From Acidilobaceae archaeon (GTDB lineage Archaea; Thermoproteota; Thermoprotei_A; Sulfolobales; Acidilobaceae): a DNA stretch of 64,000 bases. The notes under the pieces were generated by a model. It saw nothing but the letters and a program-made list of their open reading frames with translations. It was not told where the DNA came from and did no database searches. A program made the translations under genes and the position numbers. This document shows, in pieces, positions 56,725 through 64,000 of the stretch. Numbering within the stretch: the stretch's first letter is position 1; each line of letters begins with the position of its first letter. The stretch lies in assembly GCA_038897215.1 (NCBI GenBank), contig JAWAWX010000001.1, positions 896,001-960,000 of the forward strand, read 5' to 3'.

Positions 56725-58938
56725 CTATGGGCCTAGAAGGTCTTCTAGAGACGGTGGGCTTGGCGGCAAGCCCTTCCTCTTCCTGATAGCCGAGACCAGC
56801 TGGTCTAGTAGAGAGTCGGGTACTGGAGCCCACCTGCTGAACTCCACGCCCCAGAAAGCCTTGCCTGCTGTAGCTCCTCTCAGCTCGCTAGCTAGGTCGA
56901 AGCTCTCCGCTACCGGGACTTCCGCTATGACTCTAGCAGCGTTGCCGGTAGTGATCACGTTCAGCATCCTCCCCCTCTTGCGCGCCAAGACTGCAGCGAT
57001 ATTGCTTATGTAGTCCATCGGCACTCTTATATCGAGCTTCTGTATAGGCTCTAGGAGCGTTGGCTTAGCTGTGAGAATCCCAGCCCATATAGCGTTCCTC
57101 GTGGCTGGATAGAGCTGACCGGGGCCTCTATGCGCTGGGTCTTCGTGGATGATTGCATCGTGTAGCACCACCTTGAGCCCTCTCACAGGCTCTGCTGCTA
57201 GAGGCCCTTCTCTAACCGCTAGCCTAAACCCGGCTATGATAGTGTCCTTGACTTCTCTGAGGTACTGGACGCCAGCTGTTTTGTCTACGAATACGTTGAA
57301 CCCCTCGTCTATAGCCCAGATCCTCTTAGCCTCATCGTAGTCCCATCCAGCCTTGTCTCTCAGGATAGCTGCTCTATCCTTCGGGTCCATGCTCTCTCTA
57401 ACCTCTCCTCTAGCGATCAACTCTATTGTCTCATCGTTGAGAGGCTCTACGCTTATGTAGAGCTTGTTATGCTTGTTGGGGCTCTTGCCCTCGAACACCT
57501 TGCTCGCAACTCTAGCAGCCTCCCTATACACTACGATTGGCTGAGCAGTCTTGACCTCGACTCCGAACTTCTCTTTGAGTAATGTTAGAGCTACCTCGAG
57601 GTGGAGGGGGCCCATTCCCGACAGCAGGTACTCTCCAGTCTCCTCGTTTATCTTGAGGACTAGGTTGGGGTCTTCGATAGTGAGCTTTCTGAGAGCATCT
57701 ATCACCTTAGGCAAGTCCTGGACTTTCAGAGGCTCTACCGCAATAGTGACCACGGGCTCGCTCACGTATCTAAGAGGCTCGAAGGGAGCGCATGAAGCAG
57801 AGTACCTCATGTCGACTATGGTCTCGCCAGACCTTATGTCCTCGATCCCCATGATCGCTCCGATATTGCCCGCTGTTATCTTGTGCGTGAGCTCCCTGAA
57901 AGGCCCCATGTAGAGGCTGACCTGGAGAATCCTGCCTGTTCTCCCCCCGGATACCAGATACACCTCTCTACCGGGCTCAAGCGTCCCCGAGAAGAGCCTC
58001 CCCGTAGCGACAAGCCCTGCCTTCTCTACTCTAACGTCGTTCACGTAGAAGACCAGAGGCCCGTTGGGGTCGGCTTCTATCATCGCTCTGCCTAGCTCTG
58101 AGTCGAGCTCCCCTCTCCATATCCTGGGGATCCTGTACTTCTGCGCTTCTCTAGGGTTCGGCACGAACTTGACGACAATGTCTAGTAGAGCTTCGTGAAG
58201 CGGGACTTGCTTAGATAGCTGAGCCACGAGCTCCTTATCGTCTCTGCTGTAAGCGTTGATCACGTCGGAGAGAGAAACGCCCTTCTTCTTGACCAGGGGG
58301 ACTGTGAGCGCCCACTTGTCTCTCGCGCTCCCGAAAGCCACCTGGCCCTCGGCTGGGTTCACTTTCCACCTCTTGGCGAACTCTGGCTCTCCGTAGTTGT
58401 CGATTAGGCTATTGAACTCCTTGATTATCTCCACGAATCTCTCCTGTATGCGCTCAGGGGTCATCTTGAGCTCTCTGATCAGCCTATCCACCTTGTTTAT
58501 GAATAGGATTGGTCGAACTCTCTCCTCCAAAGCCTGCCTTACTACTGTCTCCGTCTGAGTCATGACCCCCTCTACGGCATCCACCACTACTATGGCTCCA
58601 TCGAGAACTCTAAGGCTTCTAGTGACTTTGCCCGTGAAGTCTACGTGGCCCGGAGTGTCTATTAGGTTGATCACGTAGGGCTTGCCTTGATACTCGTGGT
58701 AGAGGCTTACGTTTGCAGCCTTAACCGTGATCCCTCTCTGCTTCTCCACAGAGAGGTAGTCTAGGACGAGTGCTTCGCCGGCAAGCCTCTCAGATATAAG
58801 CCCGGCTGCGGCTAGGAGAGAGTCGCTCGTCGTCGTCTTCCCGTGGTCTACGTGAGCTATTATCCCTATATTCCTCACTTGCTCTATGTTACCCATTATC
58901 TTCTCTATCTCAGATACCATCTTGACCCTGATACCCAT
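56725..58938 (-). CDS. fusA: Elongation factor 2
   Basis: [18 protein letters not shown], diphthamide loop HEDPAHRG; start placed at ATG 58938. Confidence 0.98.
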   Translation of the reverse strand: MGIRVKMVSEIEKIMGNIEQVRNIGIIAHVDHGKTTTSDSLLAAAGLISERLAGEALVLDYLSVEKQRGITVKAANVSLYHEYQGKPYVINLIDTPGHVDFTGKVTRSLRVLDGAIVVVDAVEGVMTQTETVVRQALEERVRPILFINKVDRLIRELKMTPERIQERFVEIIKEFNSLIDNYGEPEFAKRWKVNPAEGQVAFGSARDKWALTVPLVKKKGVSLSDVINAYSRDDKELVAQLSKQVPLHEALLDIVVKFVPNPREAQKYRIPRIWRGELDSELGRAMIEADPNGPLVFYVNDVRVEKAGLVATGRLFSGTLEPGREVYLVSGGRTGRILQVSLYMGPFRELTHKITAGNIGAIMGIEDIRSGETIVDMRYSASCAPFEPLRYVSEPVVTIAVEPLKVQDLPKVIDALRKLTIEDPNLVLKINEETGEYLLSGMGPLHLEVALTLLKEKFGVEVKTAQPIVVYREAARVASKVFEGKSPNKHNKLYISVEPLNDETIELIARGEVRESMDPKDRAAILRDKAGWDYDEAKRIWAIDEGFNVFVDKTAGVQYLREVKDTIIAGFRLAVREGPLAAEPVRGLKVVLHDAIIHEDPAHRGPGQLYPATRNAIWAGILTAKPTLLEPIQKLDIRVPMDYISNIAAVLARKRGRMLNVITTGNAARVIAEVPVAESFDLASELRGATAGKAFWGVEFSRWAPVPDSLLDQLVSAIRKRKGLPPSPPSLEDLLGP

Positions 58939-59021
58939 ACCGATACACCTAGCCGAAATCCACAACCCCTATAGCCCTAGAACCTTTAAAGGCTTATGAC
59001 TGACCGCTTCTCGAGCCCCGG

Positions 59022-59564
59022 CTAGTCTTGCTTGAAGAGAGCCGAGAGCCTCAGCTCTGGGCCTACCTGCCTCCCTCCATAGAAGAACCTAACGAGGCAG
59101 AGGTCGCTACCATGAGCTGAGACCGAAGCTATGATAGAGTCTCGCGGAGCCTCGTCTACGAGGAGCTTTGCGTGAAACGCTTTAATCAACTCCTCTGCAA
59201 CCCTATCCGATGCCTCCGACCCATCGCTAGCAACGTAGAGAGCTCTAGGTCTAGACGGGGCTCTAGAGCCTACTTCTCGAGCTAGCTTGACGCCGCGGAG
59301 GCTGAAGACGCTCAAGAGCTCTAGAGAGAGAGGCTCGGCTCGCGGCACGTATACTCTGATGAAGCCCGGGTTCCCTTTCCTTTCTGAGACAACGACGACT
59401 CTAGAAGCGCTGAGAGCTAGCGCTAGCCGAGCTAGGTCCTCCATGGATGCGTGCCCTCTCGTGAATCTAGTGGCGGATGGTAGCACTGAGACCAGGTCTT
59501 TGACTAGGCTTCTCGAGCGACGGCTAGGTCTCCTGCTAGTAGTCACGACTATCTTCCCGGTCAA
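59022..59564 (-). CDS. Brix/Imp4-domain ribosome biogenesis protein
   Basis: TTSRRPS.R.RS, RG, KGNP, GP.L. Confidence 0.9.
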   Translation of the reverse strand: MTGKIVVTTSRRPSRRSRSLVKDLVSVLPSATRFTRGHASMEDLARLALALSASRVVVVSERKGNPGFIRVYVPRAEPLSLELLSVFSLRGVKLAREVGSRAPSRPRALYVASDGSEASDRVAEELIKAFHAKLLVDEAPRDSIIASVSAHGSDLCLVRFFYGGRQVGPELRLSALFKQD

Positions 59565-59747
59565 GCTAGCACCCCCTCTAGCCTGCAGCGCTCTCGGATA
59601 AAGTAGCTGTTCTTGGAGCCTAGCCGAGAGGCTGGGCTGACGCGGCTTACCCGCATAAAAGCTTAAAAGGAGCCTGCTGAGAAGTGGGGAGATTAAGGTG
59701 GATCAGTTGGACTCGAAATACTCAAAGCAAGGCTTCGAGCACGCTTC

Positions 59748-60593
59748 CTGGATAGAGGTAGGTGTCTAGAATGCTTTATCCACTCTAGAGCTAGGAAGAT
59801 GAAGGCTAGCACTGCTCTACTCGGTGTTCTCGAGAAGAGCGCGACGAGAACCGAGGTCTTCACTGAATCCTTTAAGCTAATGTATCCGCTAGTCAGAGAG
59901 GAGATAGAGAAGCTGAAGAGAGCTCTTAACGAGAAGTTCCTCGATATCCTCTACGAGGTGAGGGGAGAGAGCTGGAGGAGCCTCTTGACTCTATCAGCTC
60001 TAGCGAATGCTGTAGACTACGAGATGAAGTGGTCTAGCGTGAGCACAGAGCTAGTGTGCGCTAACAGCGGGGAGTGCGGGATTGTAGATAGCGATGCGCT
60101 AGACCTCTTAGAGGACTCCGAGGAGGTAGCCATCCTCCTAGATAACGCTGGAGAAGCAGTAGTCGACCTAGCTCTAGCTTTGAAGCTAGCTGCTTCGGGG
60201 AAGAGGGTTCTAGTGATAGCTAGAGGTGAGCCTTACGAGGTAGACGTGACGGCTGGCGAGGCTAGAGAGCTGGCAGTGAGGGTAGCTGAGCGTATCGGAG
60301 AGAAGGAGGCTCTCAGGAAGATAGTAGTGTTGAGTACTGAGAGCTCCTACCCGGCTTTCGCCGCCACGAGTAACAGCGTGCTCTCAGCTAGCTTGAGTAG
60401 AGTCGACGCTATAGTATCGAAGGGTATAGCTAACTTCGAGGCAGCTGTTGACTACGAGTTCCCGGAGAGCGGTAAAGTCATCGTAGCTCTTAGAGCTAAG
60501 TGCCCGCCAATAGCTGAGCTCCTAGGAGCTCCTCTCGGAGCCCCTGTCATCAGGATACTTAGCAGGATCAGAGCCGAGAGGTGGTCTGTGTGA
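59748..60593 (+). CDS. ARMT1/DUF89 damage-control phosphatase-like protein
   Basis: ANAVD, LDNAGE...D, SKGIANFE, AKC; CxxC (CLEC) lies upstream of ATG 59799, so start provisionally placed at CTG 59748. Confidence 0.82.
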   Translation: MDRGRCLECFIHSRARKMKASTALLGVLEKSATRTEVFTESFKLMYPLVREEIEKLKRALNEKFLDILYEVRGESWRSLLTLSALANAVDYEMKWSSVSTELVCANSGECGIVDSDALDLLEDSEEVAILLDNAGEAVVDLALALKLAASGKRVLVIARGEPYEVDVTAGEARELAVRVAERIGEKEALRKIVVLSTESSYPAFAATSNSVLSASLSRVDAIVSKGIANFEAAVDYEFPESGKVIVALRAKCPPIAELLGAPLGAPVIRILSRIRAERWSV

Positions 60594-61528
60594 GGGTCCT
60601 CGTGACCGAGACTGTTAGCGAGAAGCTACTGAAGATTCTTGCAGACGCAGGTCTTCATGTAGACTACAGACCCGGTATTAGCAGAGACGAGTTGATTAGA
60701 GTAGTCGGGGAGTACGACGTGATAGTTGTTAGAGGGAGGACTCGAGTAGACTCCGAGGTGCTCGAGGCTGGAGCGGGGAGGCTGAAGATAGTAGCGAGAG
60801 CTGGGATAGGCTTAGACAACATCGACGTAGAGAAAGCGGAGAAGCTGGGAGTAGTCGTGGTGAACGCTGGAGACGCTTCTATCGAGAGCGTAGCCGAGCT
60901 GACTATAGCGCTGACTCTGATAGCTCTCCGCAGGCTAGACTACGCCATGGGCTTGGTTAAGAGCGGTAAGTGGGAGAGACCGCTTGGGAGAGAGCTCTCA
61001 GGCAAGAGGCTCCTTGTAATCGGCTTCGGGAGGATAGGGAGGAGGGTAGCGGAGCTAGCGAAAAGCTTTGGAGCACTAGTCACAGCCTACGACGTCGTAG
61101 ACGTTAGGAGCGAGGCTGAGAAGAGGGGAGTCGAGGTAGCACCAGACCTCTGTAGTGCTCTCAGAGAAGCCGATATAGTCTCTCTCCACGTGCCTCTCTC
61201 AGAGTCCACGCGCAAGCTTGTGAACAAAGACCTGCTAGAGAGGTGCTTCAAGAGAGGGTCTATACTGGTGAACACCAGCAGAGGAGCCGTAGTAGATGCT
61301 GAGGCAGTGTTGTGGGCTCTAGACCACGGCATTCTCTCAGCCTACGCGGCCGACGTGCTGGAGGAGGAGCCTCCCGTGAGCGAGCTCCAGAAGAGGCTGG
61401 TCACGCACCCTAGAGTGATAGTGACTCCCCACGTGGGAGCTCAGACACTCGAAGCTCAAGAGAGAATAGCTGAGGTTATTGGAGAGGCTATAGTGAGGCT
61501 CGTTAGGAGGCTCGAGAGGAATGCCTAA
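60581..61528 (+). CDS. serA: D-3-phosphoglycerate dehydrogenase (no ACT domain) or related D-2-hydroxyacid dehydrogenase
   Basis: RAGIGLDNID, GFGRIG, NTSRG, TPHVGAQT.EAQ. Confidence 0.85.
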   Translation: MVCVRVLVTETVSEKLLKILADAGLHVDYRPGISRDELIRVVGEYDVIVVRGRTRVDSEVLEAGAGRLKIVARAGIGLDNIDVEKAEKLGVVVVNAGDASIESVAELTIALTLIALRRLDYAMGLVKSGKWERPLGRELSGKRLLVIGFGRIGRRVAELAKSFGALVTAYDVVDVRSEAEKRGVEVAPDLCSALREADIVSLHVPLSESTRKLVNKDLLERCFKRGSILVNTSRGAVVDAEAVLWALDHGILSAYAADVLEEEPPVSELQKRLVTHPRVIVTPHVGAQTLEAQERIAEVIGEAIVRLVRRLERNA

Positions 61529-62612
61529 GCTACTAACCCCGGGCCCCGTAGAGGTCCCGAGACCAGTGCTAGAGGCTATGCTGAGAGCTCCTAAGTACCA
61601 TAGAGATAGAGAGTTCAGAGAGTTCTTCTCGAGGCTGAGAGAGAAGCTACTGAAGCTCTCGAGAGGAGCGGCTGAGGTCGCTGTTCTAGCTGGGAGCGGG
61701 ACTACCGCTGTCGATGCTAGCGTATGGTCTCTGATCGAGCGAGGAGAGCGAGTCCTGGCTCTAGTCTGGGGGGAGTTCGGGGAGAGAATGCTGGACTCGG
61801 CTATCAGGCGGGGGGCAATCGTCGACGTGATGAGAGCTCCTGCAGGAAGCGTTGTCGACGAGTCCTCGGTCTTGGAGAAGCTGGAGAGCGGGCTCTACAG
61901 CTCCCTGATCCTCGTGCACAACGAGAGCAGCACGGGCGTTGTCTACTCGCAGCTAGAGACTCTAGCCAGGAGGTCTAGAGACCTCGGAGTCAAGGTGATC
62001 GTAGACTCTGTCTCCGGCTTCGCTGGAGCCCGCATAGAGAACTCTTGGGGGATAACTGCTATAGCGACTAGTAGCCAGAAGGCTCTCGCAGCTCCCCCGG
62101 GCGTCGGCCTCGTCTTCCTCTCCGAAGAGGGGGTCGGGGAGGTCGAGAAGAAGGGGCGCTCAGCACCACCCATGCTCGACTTGAGTATGTACGTAGAGTA
62201 CAGTAGGAGAGTCAGCGAGACCCCCTTCACTCCAGCTCTCCCGATACTCTCCGCTCTAGACGCTGCAGTCGACCTCGTGCTATCAGCAGGTTTGGAGAGA
62301 TACATAGAGGAGCACTATAGGAGAGCTGGCTTCCTCTACGAGAGGCTAGCTGAGGCAGGCTTGGAGCCCCTGCCGGAGAGCCCCTCGATCAGGAGTCCTA
62401 CGATAACAGCCTTCAAGACCCCTATTGACTCGAAGATAGTGGTTGAGAGTGTCCTCAAGCGAGGCTACAAGATAGCTCAGGGGATGAGAGAGTTCAAAGA
62501 CAAGATTGTGAGGATAGGAGTCATGGGGGACGTCACACTCTCAGACCTCGAGGTCGTGGCTTCAACGATAGCCGAAGTCGTGGCAGGCCGTGGGCTCCGC
62601 GGTAGCGAGTGA
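61521..62612 (+). CDS. Class V PLP aminotransferase (serine-pyruvate/phosphoserine type)
   Basis: LTPGP, GSGT, HNESSTG, DSVS, SQKAL..PPG. Confidence 0.9.
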   Translation: MPKLLTPGPVEVPRPVLEAMLRAPKYHRDREFREFFSRLREKLLKLSRGAAEVAVLAGSGTTAVDASVWSLIERGERVLALVWGEFGERMLDSAIRRGAIVDVMRAPAGSVVDESSVLEKLESGLYSSLILVHNESSTGVVYSQLETLARRSRDLGVKVIVDSVSGFAGARIENSWGITAIATSSQKALAAPPGVGLVFLSEEGVGEVEKKGRSAPPMLDLSMYVEYSRRVSETPFTPALPILSALDAAVDLVLSAGLERYIEEHYRRAGFLYERLAEAGLEPLPESPSIRSPTITAFKTPIDSKIVVESVLKRGYKIAQGMREFKDKIVRIGVMGDVTLSDLEVVASTIAEVVAGRGLRGSE

Positions 62613-62621
62613 GTAGCGCTA

Positions 62622-63647
62622 CTACGCGATCACGTTGTCGAGAGGCTCTCTCCCAGACTCGAGCTCCGGAGCTGTGAGAGCTAGGAGGCGCTCGAACTCT
62701 CCCCGCTTCAGACTACACAAATGGTGGGCTACGGCTAGAGGGTGCGGGTAGCCGTCGTTCACAGAGAGCACGGCCAAGTCTCCAGCGATCTTCTCGGCTT
62801 CTTCGAGCGTAATCTGTCCGGGGACTGTTAGCTTGTAGGCTTTACCCCACGGGCTTAGAAGCGCGTAGAAGACCGTGTAGACGCTCGGCAACCCGCTAGC
62901 CGAGCTAGCGGCTTCGCTCTCGCTCACTGCCACGTACGGCCTAGCGGGCCACAGTATGCCTGGAGCTTTCGCGCTCTCTTCTCTGAGAACTCTCCACACT
63001 ATCAGGAAGTCGGGGACCTCCGCGTCTTCTCCCGCTATCTTCACTCTAACCCCGCAGTCTCTCACAAGCACTGGCTTGCTGACGTTCTTCGACACGAACA
63101 CTGCTCTAGTAGACTCTACGATCCTGCCGAGTTGCTCGAGTCTCTCTCTCCACCCTCTACTCAGGCTCTCTCCGAGAGGCTGCCTGGGAGAGACGAGTAT
63201 GGCTTCGACGAAGCTCTCATACGAGCCGTCGAAGAGAGCGTAGCCGGGCTTGAAGCCCCTCCTCATAGCTCTCTCCACAGTCCTGACCTCCATGTTCTTA
63301 GCCGAGTTGTCTAGAACCGCCTCCACGAGCCTCCTAAGCCTCCTCTCGCTCCTGCCAACAAGCTCGATAGCGCCAGCATCGGCATCAGTCTCGCTCCACA
63401 AGACGCCCCTGCTAGCGTGATAGACTACCGCAACCCCCTGAACAGCGTAGACAACCACACCCCTGAAGTTCTTATGGCGCCTACTACTATCACTCGCCAC
63501 GACGAGAAGGTCGCCGCCCCCACCCCCACTCAAAGGAACCCACTCCAGGCCCTCAACCCTCATCTCGCTAATCCTAGCCACAATCTCCTCAACACGACCC
63601 CTAACAAGCCGCATCCTATCGACAAGCTCCTCGAACACAGGCACCAA
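62622..63647 (-). CDS. NurA-domain nuclease
   Basis: ASDSS, LFDGS, VSK, GYPHPLAVAH. Confidence 0.75.
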   Translation of the reverse strand: MVPVFEELVDRMRLVRGRVEEIVARISEMRVEGLEWVPLSGGGGGDLLVVASDSSRRHKNFRGVVVYAVQGVAVVYHASRGVLWSETDADAGAIELVGRSERRLRRLVEAVLDNSAKNMEVRTVERAMRRGFKPGYALFDGSYESFVEAILVSPRQPLGESLSRGWRERLEQLGRIVESTRAVFVSKNVSKPVLVRDCGVRVKIAGEDAEVPDFLIVWRVLREESAKAPGILWPARPYVAVSESEAASSASGLPSVYTVFYALLSPWGKAYKLTVPGQITLEEAEKIAGDLAVLSVNDGYPHPLAVAHHLCSLKRGEFERLLALTAPELESGREPLDNVIA

Positions 63648-63696
63648 GCAAGACCCGCAACAAACAGCACGAAGCCCAAGCTAATAAAGCAAGCAC

Positions 63697-63961
63697 TCCC
63701 AAACCAGACAAGGGAGCCTTTTGAAGCGTTTAAAAAACACCCTCAGCGATGATGCTGAGCAGAGCCAGCAAGGCGCTGTCATCGCTGATGGAGCGATGGC
63801 TGCGATGAAGCAGAATCCCACGAGAGACTAGGGCGAGCCATCCCCCAGCACCAAAACATAACCAGAGTCCAAGAACGAAAGCAGGCCCCCGCCACGACAG
63901 CCAAAAGCTTAAAACACCGACACGACTAAAAATCAAGTGAGCGAAGAAACAGCCCGACACG
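63697..63961 (+). promoter_or_regulatory. CRISPR leader, copy 2
   Basis: Near-identical to 53075-53340; followed directly by a repeat. Confidence 0.85.
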
Positions 63962-64000
63962 GAATCCGACACATGGAGTTGAAAGAGACCTGTCAGCGAC
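63962..64000 (+). CRISPR. Start of a second CRISPR array (first repeat plus 15 nt of spacer), cut by the window end
   Basis: GAATCCGACACATGGAGTTGAAAG at 63962-63985, identical to 53341-53364, followed by a different sequence. Confidence 0.8.

Noticed and set aside
412-63314. Many long antisense ORFs (e.g. 412-1074, 4167-4796, 6743-7411, 17177-17830, 44293-44700, 49389-49940)
   Set aside because: Ser/Leu/Thr-rich shadows of well-supported genes on the opposite strand.

Overview
Chromosomal window of a hyperthermophilic crenarchaeon (Thermoproteota, most likely Desulfurococcales/Acidilobales, Aeropyrum-like; inferred from protein sequences, a free-standing ThrRS editing gene and many GTG/TTG starts). 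Most of it is core housekeeping: an aspartate-to-homoserine-phosphate operon (thrB-hom-ask-asd), three ribosomal-protein clusters (S19e-L39e-L31e-aIF6-LX-prefoldin-ftsY; S19-L22-S3...S8; S13-S4-S11-Rpo3-L18e-L13-S9-Rpo10-S2), DNA ligase, tRNA-Leu(CAG), the isoprenoid/gltX cluster, pyrK-pyrD, SRP54, L7Ae, ppa, EF-2 and serA. Less ordinary parts: (1) a ~325-nt nested fold-back element (perfect 58-bp and 23-bp inverted repeats; most core mismatches read as G.U on the minus strand) where the ribosomal-protein run stops after rps8; (2) a single-spacer CRISPR mini-array with a ~265-bp leader that recurs 10.6 kb away ahead of a second array running off the window end, with no cas genes visible; (3) a hydrogenase-maturation operon (hypD-hypC-hypE, protease, FdhE-like) containing an acyl-CoA-synthetase-fold protein whose ATP-binding P-loop is replaced by acidic residues; (4) degenerate enzymes in conserved gene slots (mevalonate-kinase-like, TrmY-like); (5) an MFS transporter fused to four CBS domains; (6) unannotated box C/D sRNA candidates, structured intergenic hairpins, a 41-45 aa ORF and three genes that appear to need non-canonical start codons. 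All family calls are from motif recognition by eye; no searches were run.
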